64,000 nucleotides of DNA from Schmidtea polychroa (lineage: Eukaryota), in the NCBI GenBank assembly GCA_044892525.1, contig CM097885.1, positions 23,500,001 to 23,564,000 of the forward strand, given 5' to 3'. Positions 53,881 to 64,000 of the stretch are shown in pieces. Both the position numbers and the translations under genes were made by a program. The notes beneath the pieces are model-generated. The model saw only the letters and a program-made list of their open reading frames with translations. It searched no databases and was not told where the DNA came from. Positions within the stretch are counted from its first letter, which is position 1; the number at the start of each line of letters is the position of its first letter.

Positions 53881-55189
53881 TTATTTGATTTTTCTCATTT
53901 TTATTTTTCCGACGTCCCCCATGGTCTGTCTGTTATCTCGGCCCAGCTGCCGAGACAAGATAATTCCATTTTCCAATTGGTTTTTTGTTTTTTTTCGTTT
54001 TTCAATTTGTATGTTAACTAAGAGCGGCCATGTCGTGTTTCAGTGTTTAACTTTTTCGATTTTTTTATTTTCAATTTCTTTCTATCACACTTGTTTCACA
54101 GAACTCTGAAACGATACATTCTCATTTAATACATTTCCCTCGATCATTTTAATCACTTTAATAATTATTTAATTTTATTGTTTAGATATCCTCAACACAA
54201 TTGAGATAAGGCAGTAGCTAAACTTGTCGAAATTTACAGATCAGTTTTCAGCATGATTTAATTTCAGTATTTCTGCTTGTTTTATAGATTGAAAGGTACG
54301 ATGTTCTTGATCTGGACTCTGAAATATTCGTTTACTTTAGCTTCTACGTTCACCATAACAAAGGACGCGTGATTAATACTTGTATGACTCTTAATGCATA
54401 AATACATAAAATTGAAAACAGAAGTTAACGTATTTCCTGGGAAGGAGATGAAAACAAATGGGCATCAATTAAATAAATTAATAAGTCTGTGGTTGACGCA
54501 GTGGCAAGGGGTTTCCCTAGAAGATATAAATAAAAAAATTTAGAAAATTAACTAAAAGTCATTAAAAGCAGTCAAAAGTCAATGAAATAATAAATATTTT
54601 GATCAACGTCAAAATTTTAAATTAAACAATTTTTAAAATGTCACGATGAAATAATAAATTATCTGAAATAAGTGGGGATATTTTTTCTAGATAAAAGAGA
54701 TTCAACAATCACAAAAGTCCATTCTTAGTGAATAAAAACAAGATTGAGTAATCATTAAAACAAAATATCATTCACCAAGCATTTTCAATTAAAGATATCC
54801 ATTTTTTGTAAAGAGTTATCAAGTAAATTTTGTGTTGTAAATAAAATTTCAATATTGCTGGACCTAAGTCATTGACTATCAAACATAAGATTTACTACAT
54901 TTCATCCTACCAAAACATTTATAAAACCAAAGTTGGTCACCAAATCGCTGTAAACCAAATTAAAGTTTATAATGAAATCTAATAAATGTAAGTTGAAATT
55001 AAATAAAATGGGTCTATCAATATTTATAATATCTTGACACGAGGGGTTCAATTAAAACAAATGGAAATAATAATATTATTTAATTTTAGCAAACTTGTCT
55101 TTAGTAGTGATAACATTCAAAATTTAATATAATTCAAAATATATTAAACATTTAAACAAATTATAGTGTGAGGAAGGATGATGAGCCTA

Positions 55190-55620
55190 AATTTGGGTTA
55201 GTATTTTCGTACTCAGAAGGTTTTAAGAATTATAAAGTGAATAAGAAAGCAGTTAGGGAATTTAAACTATAGGATAGTGTCAACTTCATGGAAAGTACGC
55301 AATATGTTCATTAATAAGTCTAAAACTCCGGTTGAATTGTGTTCCGATCTCGTTTATCAGTTTACATGTAATGGGTGTAATGCCACATACATTGGAGAGG
55401 CTTCCTGTCATCTCTGTATTCGAGCTTGAGAATATTGTAGACCGAAGGCTTTGACACATATTGGTGAGCACAATAAGGTCTGTAAGATTAAAAAAGGTAT
55501 GTTTGATTTTAAAATTTTATTAAAAAATTTCGATAATTATTGGGAAAGTGTGATTTGTGAGGCGTTGTTGATAAAATCATTGAATCCGAAAATTAATGTG
55601 TAGAATGCAGTGAATACTTG
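55190..55620 (+). pseudogene. Penelope-like GIY-YIG endonuclease fragment
   Basis: RIVSTSWKVRNMFINKSKTPVELCSDLVYQFTCNGCNATYIGEASCHL..HIGEH..FKIL..WESVICEALLIKSLNPKINV; clearly related to the 41740-42485 copy. Confidence 0.88.
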
Positions 55621-55800
55621 TATTTTAAATGTTTTTAAATAATTTTTTTCTTGTATATTGTATGTATTGATTGTTGTCTTAAATTAAATAATTAATAAAA
55701 TTTTTTTTAAATAATTAAATTAAATTCTGAATGCTAAAATTTTAAAAATAATATATTAATTTAATTATAATTTTTAAAAATAATTAAATGTTTTTATTAA

Positions 55801-56036
55801 CCCTTTCCTGGCTGAATTAAGAGTTGAAAATGGCGTCCTAAAATCACTTGTTGCTTCTTTCAAATGACAAAAACAATAAAATATTTGTTAAAACGTGGGA
55901 TTAAATGATTTTACATTAAAAGTATAGATTTTCTTTATCGACCATAAATAAAAATATTATACCTACCAGTCCATAGATGTCTATATCTGTATGAAATAAA
56001 TCACGATTTCATATGGCATCATTAGCCAGGAAACAG
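55801..56036. mobile_element. Degenerate piggyBac-type MITE in the Penelope 3' region
   Basis: TTAA-CCCTTTCCTGGCT at the left; AGCCAGGAAACAG-CTAA at the right. Confidence 0.6.
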
Positions 56037-56102
56037 CTAAATAAAAAAGTGTTTATATAATTAATAAATTTGTTTAAAATCCTTAATTTACATAATTATT
56101 AT

Positions 56103-56150
56103 ATCCCATCTGATGATGACAGGAAAAACTGTCGAAATATATCGTGAATA
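56103..56150 (+). ncRNA. Minimal type I hammerhead ribozyme 3' of the Penelope fragment
   Basis: CAU-CUGAUGA-U-GACAG-GAAAAA-CUGUC-GAAA-UAUAUC-GUG. Core and stem II are intact; stem I is weak (3 bp). Confidence 0.78.
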
Positions 56151-56739
56151 GAATGTTTAATTGTCGTTATCTTATAATAAAATTATATTATCTACATATT
56201 TTTAAATCACAATTTAAAATTTATTAATATTAGGTGGTGGATTTAAAAGTATTTTTTTTTATTTTTATTTTAAAAATAGTTTACATAAATTCAAATAAAA
56301 TATCTAGACGGCAGTTCCATCCAATTTTTTCCATATTTATATTTTATTTTTGAAATGTTTTTTGTCATAATTAGTTTCCTGATATTTTCTCATGATGCTG
56401 TAATGCATTTTCGATTTTTTATTCATAAATAAAAAAGAAAAAAACTATGACATTAAAACACATGGTTTCTCATAGGAAATCTCACAGTTGAAGATATTTT
56501 TCAAACTGCAGAGAAGAGAACTAGTTTTTACAATAATACTCTTTAGATGTTTTATTTTTCATATATACATAAAAATTTGTAAATAATAAATATATTTGAA
56601 AAAATCAAACAAAAATAGTTCATTAGTTATTTTCATTTAAATCCAAGGTGTTCATGAAAATATAAAAAATTTTCAAATACCTTCATCAGTAGTATAAAAT
56701 CTATCAATTCAAACAATATTAAAATACTTTATAAATATA

Positions 56740-58376
56740 CCGTATATTTCGGCGTATAAGGCGACCGTCAGATAAGACGAGGTACAAAATTAGAGCAAAT
56801 TTTTATGATTTATCATATATCGGTTGTATAAGACGACTGCTAAATAACGAAGAGATTGCAACACCCGGTATCTTATGAAATATTGGTTATGTAAAGATGA
56901 TTTATTAGTATAGATTCAGTATCGATTGGTATAGATTGTGGTCATTTTATTATTAAACCCATATCAGGAATGGAACCGCCAACAAAAAGAAGAAAATATG
57001 AGGCAAGTTTCAAGTTGAAAGTCGTAGACGTAGCCAAGGTTTCGAAGAACTGCGCTGCTGCAAGACAATTTGATGTTACTGAAAAGATGGTACGAGAATG
57101 GAGAAAGAAGGAGGATGATATAAGACAAATGCCCAAAAACAAATGTGCAATGCGGCGAGGAATCACATGTTGGTCAAAATTGGAAGACAACGTTGCAGAA
57201 TGGGTACTCCAGCAGAGACAAGATGGCTACATTGTGACCAGAAATAAAATAAGATCTTATGCTTTGAAATGGGCCAAGGCAAACAAAGAAGAAAGTAAAG
57301 ACTTCAAAGCTACAGTGGGATGGTGCAGTAGGTTTATGAACAGAAGAAATTTAGTAATAAGAGAAAAAACAAAAATCGCTGAGAAACTACCAAAAGATCT
57401 CGAGCACAAAATAACAAACTTCCACCATTTCATAATTCAGCTAAGGAAAAGGCATAAATTTCCATTATCCCATATCGGAAATATGGATGAAACTCCAATG
57501 AATTTTGACATGCTTGGTAATAAAACAGTGAAAAGTACAGGACACGAGAAGACAAGATTTACAGTGGTATTAGGGTGCATGGCAGATGGTACTAAATTGA
57601 AACCAATGGTTATCTTTAAACGTAAAACAAAACCTAAAATAACTTTTCCTCCTGGTGTTTTGGTTCACTTCCACGAGAAAGGGTGGATGGACGAGAATGG
57701 TGTAAAGTTATGGATTGAAAATATTTGGAACAGACGGCCAGGTGGTATGCGAAAGGAACGCAGTTTGTTGGTCTGGGATATGTTTCGGAGCCATATAACG
57801 GCTAATTCTAAAACTCGTTTAGCGCGGTTATCCCAGGTGGTTTAACTTCTGTACTTTAGCCGCTTGACGTAAGCTTAAATTAGCCATTCAAGGATAATGC
57901 TAGAGCACAATGGAATGAGTGGATGATGAATGGTGAAAAGTCATTTACAAAAAACGGAGCTATGCGTGATGCCTCACTTGATGTTCTTTGCGAGTTTGTT
58001 ATAAAAGCATGGGATAATGTTAAGGTAGAAAGTGTCATAAAATCCTTTAAAAAATGTGGAATATCTAATGCCATGGATGGTAGTGAGGATGATTTATTGT
58101 ATGAAGATGAAGCCCAAGTCGACTTGCCAGAACCAGAATGGAATCCCTACAATGATGACATCTGTGATGAATCTCGTGATGTATTCGAAAAAATTTTCGA
58201 AACAGACGGTGATGATGGTGATGAATTTGATGGGTTTTAGATATGCATAAAAGTAGTATAAATACAACTTACCTGTACTTTAATACTTTCTTTTATATTG
58301 GTTGTATAAGACGACCCACAATTTTCAAGGGTGATTTTTTGACTTTAAGGGTCGTCTTATACGCCGAAATATACGG
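56740..58376 (+). mobile_element. pogo-family (Tc1/mariner superfamily) DNA transposon, near full length
   Basis: TA TSD and TIR CCGTATATTTCGGCGTATAAG(G/A)CGACC at both ends. Internal TATAAGACGAC subterminal repeats. Confidence 0.96.
56970..58240 (+). pseudogene. pogo transposase (Brinker-type HTH, CENP-B HTH, DDE_1), disrupted near the catalytic region
   Basis: YEASFKLKVV..AARQF..VREWRK; FKATVGWCSRFMNR; NMDETP; LVWDMFRSH; a frameshift at IPGGLTSVL*PLDV; KAWD..KSFKKCGI; acidic tail. Confidence 0.93.
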
Positions 58377-58833
58377 TATATGTTTATGTAAATAATGGTT
58401 CTTTCATGTTTAGACTCAGCATAAATATGAATCAGAATCATTTCATCAGTTAAATCTTGTACACTTGTTTGCATGGAATAAAAGCATCTATAATACAGGT
58501 TGGTGTGTACACTATTTATAGATGAATCACCATTTGTGATGAAATGGAGTTAATTTATTAGTTTATTAATTTTAGCCATTAAAATTTTAAGTAAATTTTG
58601 ATTTTATATAATTATGAGATCATATTCAAGTTCTTAAATATTTCTTTTAGTCAACATTTGTATTATAATTTATTTTTAATTATTATTTAGCTATTTTTAG
58701 GAATTATAGAAATGAAATTTATTTTAGAAATATATTGGAATTATCTCGATATAATTTACGATCAATTTTAAATTATAATTTAATAAAGAAACTAACAAAA
58801 AGAAACTAATCAAAAACATTAAATTTTTTAATA

Positions 58834-59325
58834 GACCTAAACCTCGATTTGCGTCGTTAATTGGAACCTTGGAAAGACGATGCAAATCGAAATTATTTAT
58901 CGTATGTGCTTATACCAGTTTTTCATTAATCGGTATCTTGTAGTAAATTTCATGAAAAAAACCAAATTTTATTAATAAAAACATTTTTTTATATCATAAG
59001 TGTATTATCAACAAAAATTTTAATTCATTATAAATTAAAACTTGACATTAATAAAGAACTTAAAAAATTAATAAATTAAAACCAAAGTTCGATAAATTCA
59101 TAAAAATTATAATTTTTACATCTTATAATTTTTTAAATTCTTCAATTCATTTTAAACTTTTAAATTTATTTCAAAATAAATTTATTTGCGTTCCTGGAAA
59201 TTTTACATCTTAAAAAATTATTAAAATTTAACAATGCAAATTGAATTTTTAATGATGCCACTTTGAAATGACGAAAATTAATTTACGACGCAACTTCGAA
59301 AACGACGCAAATCAAGGTTTAGGTG
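58834..59325. mobile_element. Tc1/mariner-type MITE
   Basis: TA flanks; 25-bp TIR (G/C)ACCTAAACCT(C/T)GATTTGCGTCGTT at both ends. Confidence 0.85.
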
Positions 59326-59327
59326 TA

Positions 59328-59535
59328 CATTTATTTTCCTGTTCTTCTGAAATAATTTATTTGTTGCCATTTCTTTTTCCTTTGAAAATTTCTTCACATT
59401 TTTTTGGATCTTTAAATTATAGTTCCAAGCGATTTTTTGATGATTTCCAGTAATCATCCAAATTCATAGCAATCTTCGCCATTTTCGAAAGCATCAAATA
59501 ATCGAATTTTGTCATGTTTTGATTTTATCAAAATA
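59328..59535 (-). pseudogene. Possible IS630/Tc1-like transposase N-terminal HTH fragment
   Basis: SKHDKIRLFDAFENGEDCYEFG*LLEIIKKSLGTII*R..KGKRNG resembles the paired-like HTH start of Tc1-type transposases; contains stops. Confidence 0.35.
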
Positions 59536-62500
59536 TTATTTTGTTAAAATAAAGTTATTAAAATTTACAATTTTTTTCTCGAAATCCAAAAAGATATTTG
59601 GTTGAATATTTGAAATTTTACGTTCACAGAAAGGCATAGTTTTAACAAAAATATCTGACATTTTATAGAAATATTAAATTTATAATATAATTTTTTAAAT
59701 GAATATTACGATGTTTTTCGTCATTTTCTATGCAACTCAAAGTAGAGTTATCCGATTCTAGCTCATAAAATTTCCAATAAATTTTAAATTTCAATTAATC
59801 TCATCGATTTAATTTATTTTTGCTATTATTTTCACAAATTTTCACATTTTTCTAAGAAAATAAATTCAATTCAATCAAATATTCCTCTTTTTCTTTCAAT
59901 GTCGAGATGATTAATAAAGTAAATTATTTTTTAATTAATTAATTAAATTCTTTACATTTAAATGTTCTAGAGAAATATATTGAAATATATCAGCAATAAA
60001 AAGTTATTTGACATATATTTGATTTAATTTTGACTTTCTCTTTCTACTCCTTCAAAAAATCCGTTAATTTTTACTTGAAATCCAATTAATTAATTTGTAA
60101 TTAATTTATACAATTATATCTACTATTAAATACTGTTAATAAATTAAAATACATATATAAATTTTTTTTCTGAGATTAATATTTATTTGCAAAGAAAATA
60201 ATCAGACAAGAATAATACAATTAATGAATCTAATTACAAATGAAAAATTAATTATAAAATAAATTACGAATCGAGGTTGAGATACAAATAGGAGTCATTG
60301 AAAATATGTATTTTATGAAATGAATAGTCAGACTGTTTTATGAGATTTTATAGTTTTCAATATCAAACTGAGCTTTATTTATATTAATATATTTACGAAT
60401 ATATTTATTTTTATACATGATTCGTATTTTGTTTTAATTCACGTTATTTACTCATTATCAGAATTTTGCCCAAGAAATTATATTTATAAATTAATTAAAT
60501 TGTTTAAACAAACAACTCAAGAATTGACTTAAGCTTTAATTGCAAGGAATAAAAAATGAAAATACAGTGACAGTTGTATGAAGTCTAGAGGGCAAGACCC
60601 ACGACTCAACAGTCTGACTTCGGTGTTCGTTAATATCTTGGTTGCTCTATAACAGGCGAGATTTTCGTAAATAGTAAAATCAAGCGAGTTTAAATTCAAA
60701 GCTATAGATTACGAAAAAGTGATTTTTAATGAAAAGAGCATAAAAATACTTTTAGAAATATTTCGAAATACAATTTTTTACATTTTGTTGAATTTTTAAT
60801 AGAAATTATTAATAATTTCCCTTGAAATCTGACTCTATTCAAATGAAAACTTCTAAAAATAGTCATTTATTACAACAGTTTACAAAATTTGTTCGGGTCG
60901 TTTGTAAAGAGTTTATAGACAAAAATTAATATACTAAAAGTTCTAGACGCGTTTCTGAAAATTGAGCGTAATAGGAAACAACGCTATAGGAGGCGAGAAA
61001 TATATTGAAATTTACGGGTTATGTTACTTTTGAACTAAATAAATACAAATTTTTTCAATAATTATTTTTCGATTAAAAGGTCTTCGTAGCTAAAAACGAT
61101 GTTGTTGTTTGCACAGATTTTATAATTTTTTCAGAGTTTTGCATTATCTTTCTAACAGTTGATCCGAGCAAATTCAATTCACGACATTCACAAAATTCAT
61201 AACTTGACGTTATCCGTTTTCCATTTTTCTAATTAATTTCAATTTTATATCCACAAATGAACTCCTTCGTGAATATTTTGACAAATCTTTTAAAAAATAT
61301 TATTTTAATTATTTTTTTAATTATTTAACATAACTATTATTCAATATACATCAACATACAAAAACTTAATTAAAAACATTCAAATCACACGAATTCACTG
61401 CATTCTGCACATTGATTTTAGGATTAAAAGTTCTTATCAATAATGCTTCACATATCATACGCTCAAAACAATTATCAAAATTTTTTGATAAGATTTTAAA
61501 ATCAGACATTCCTAATTCTCTCGTACAGACTTTAATTTTTATATTTTTAAATAAATAATATAATTTTTAAAAATGTTCAATAATTTTCATATTAATATTT
61601 ATAGGACTATAGATCAAAACAATATATTAAAAAAAAGATCAAAAATGAAACAAAAAGATAAATATGATAATTAAAAATATAACTGTAGTGCCTGCACATT
61701 ACAAAATATTTAATAAAATAATTAATTAAATATGTTAAAAGAAAAAATGAGACTACACCAATTCTATAAGACTAATATACTTTATAAAGTGAACTCCTCT
61801 TATATACAACCTCAAAGCGGTTCGTGTGAAATATTATTACCAATTATCCTGTCGGTTTTGTATGATATTTACTAAATTCCCCATCTTTAATATTTTTTCC
61901 CCACTATTCATCATTCAATTCAATTGCCTTTGTTTATGCAATCTCTTTTGTGTCCCATTCTAATCTTTCCTATAATCCCGGAATACAGTTCATCAAAATT
62001 TTTCAAAAATTATTTCAATTTATTTTTCGTAAAACACTCTCAACTTTTGCAATATGATAATTTCTTTATTTGAATGTTATCAGTTTAAACAATTTAATTT
62101 TATACAATGGAACATGTTTAGCAATTCTAGATAGGCATAATGTCACGGGCTACCGTAGGACAAGACGTAACTCTTTTACGTTTGTTATTCATAGAAAAAG
62201 AAAAGCAAAAATGTCGAATGGAGAAATTTTTATACTTTTAGTGAATAAAGATAAACAAGTTTTTTCTTAGCAAAGTTAGAATTTAGAGACAAATTACAGT
62301 TTTTGTTTATAATTTGCAATGTCTAAAACAAAGAAAGAATTTCAATGGTATATCCTAAGAAATCCTTGCAGATTATTAAAAAGCGATGAAGGATAAATGA
62401 ATAAATGACGTATGATTCTAGGGTGATTGCATAAATATTCTAATATTACTATTCAGGCCACTTAGTGGTTATTTTATTCTATTAAGCTCGTGGTAGTAAT

Positions 62501-63593
62501 TTCATGGTATACAATTCGATCAATAATCGAAACATTAAATATATTTATAATATTCATGGGTTGGGATAGGGTAACATGCAGAAGGACATATATAACAGTT
62601 CACATCCGATAATAGTTAAAGTGGCAATGGACGTGGATAACTATGACATTCTGAAAGAATAGTTTCTATGCATATATTGTGGTCACGTAAGGGTCAGTTT
62701 AGCAACTAAACATACAGAGATTATTTCTTACACGATGCTTTATAATTATTACATAACACTAGAAGAGTATTAGCAAAGTACCGTGACACGTCTAACTAAT
62801 TATCGTCTCTCCCAATCATCCTTATGCTGAGTTGTCAAAGTACACTAATTCAGTGATTTCAAACTTCCAGTACTTTCTTCAACATTTTCATAACATATTG
62901 TTGCGCCATATTTAAATTGATAAATATCGTTCTTATAAACTAATTTATTTAAAAGACTACAAAATACATATCTTATTTTGTACAAATGACGACTTTTCTT
63001 TCAAAAAAAACTTCGTTGAATCCTTCTTTCGGGACTGATTTGACTTTTAATTTGTTTGTATTCAAGAACAATAATTTGATGTAAGCTGCGCTTCCCTTAG
63101 GCAAAATGAAAATGTTTCCATCTAATTGACAATATGGTGTATACAAGACACTATCAAATTATATAACAAATAGGGATACCTGAAAAGGATACCCATAAAG
63201 GACTAAATTTATTGCATATATAAATCCCTATATGATAGTCATCTGTAATAAAATTTTAAAATAATTTTTGTTTTAATTTTCCTAGTTTATCGAAGTGGGA
63301 AGCGTTCGAAATACATAGGAGTGATTCACAAATCTAGAGACATAAGAAGTTGGGAGACTTTTTGATATTTCCTTTGAACAATATTTTTGAAGATTTTGTG
63401 TTGATGGGATTTGTTTGAATTTCAATAGATTTTGCTATTACTAAAACTTTTGAAATATTTTTCATTATTTTTATTTGAGTTTTTTTTCATTTTGAAGTTA
63501 TTATTATGATTTATGAAAATCTATTTATGTTATAGCTGTATGAGAAATATGGCAGAGTCCAGCCGAGTCACTTGTAAAAAGTAGTATCAAGAC

Positions 63594-63842
63594 CAGCCAT
63601 GGCCAACCGGTGGCCCGCGAAGCGTTTTGATGTGGCCGGGACACAATTTTAAACATCAAATCAATAATTGTCCTTTTTAGAATTCATATTCGAATTAAGC
63701 ATGTTTTTAATTTAAAAAATTGATTCTAAGTTTACTTGAATCGTAAAAACGAGTTATATTTATTTAAATGAATTTATTGTGGCCCGTGATAGTATTTTTC
63801 CGAAAATTTGGCCCTTCGATTGATTTTGGTTGGCCACCACTG
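63594..63842. mobile_element. hAT MITE
   Basis: TIR CAGCCATGGCCAACC / GGTTGGCCACCACTG, 8-bp TSD ATCAAGAC / ATCAAGAT (7 of 8 match), and TGGCCC subterminal motifs. Confidence 0.85.
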
Positions 63843-64000
63843 ATCAAGATAATCTAGGAGCTCTCTATATCAGGGGGTCTATGAAATTATTTATGCAATT
63901 TTATAAATAAAAGAAATTGCTTACTACAAGTGTTGAGGTCTCAAAAGGTTGTATTATTGTATATTATAACATTGTTAATTTTAATTAGCTTATTATAATA

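Noticed and set aside
56665..56695. CTGATGA...GAAA on the minus strand as a fifth hammerhead
   Set aside because: No credible stem II or stem I.
62100..62830. Possible LINE ORF1 zinc-knuckle remnant
   Set aside because: Too degraded; only a vague IFMGWDRV similarity.

Overview
Very AT-rich eukaryotic (animal) genomic DNA with ~45-50 nt minimal introns and long AAT/TA microsatellites; a planarian-type flatworm is a plausible source, but this is inference only. Host genes: the first two coding exons of a class I myosin (MYO1D-like, minus strand), a three-exon ASH1/ASH1L histone H3K36 methyltransferase (minus, about 2093 aa), and one or two weakly supported small orphan genes. The most notable accessory block (about 6.6-13.0 kb) is a decayed Polinton/Maverick- or adintovirus-like segment. 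It holds a protein-primed family B DNA polymerase pseudogene with an apparent TATA-driven spliced leader in frame with it, next to an intronless RNF115/RNF126-like RING E3 copy. The rest is mostly transposon debris: several hAT elements and MITEs with TSDs, a near-complete pogo element, piggyBac, Mutator-like and Tc1 MITEs, TG..CA-bounded insertions, and two Penelope GIY-YIG fragments. Four related minimal hammerhead-ribozyme motifs are present, two of them just 3' of the Penelope fragments. A 223-bp near-perfect palindrome lies inside an ASH1L intron. All calls were made by eye, with no database searches.
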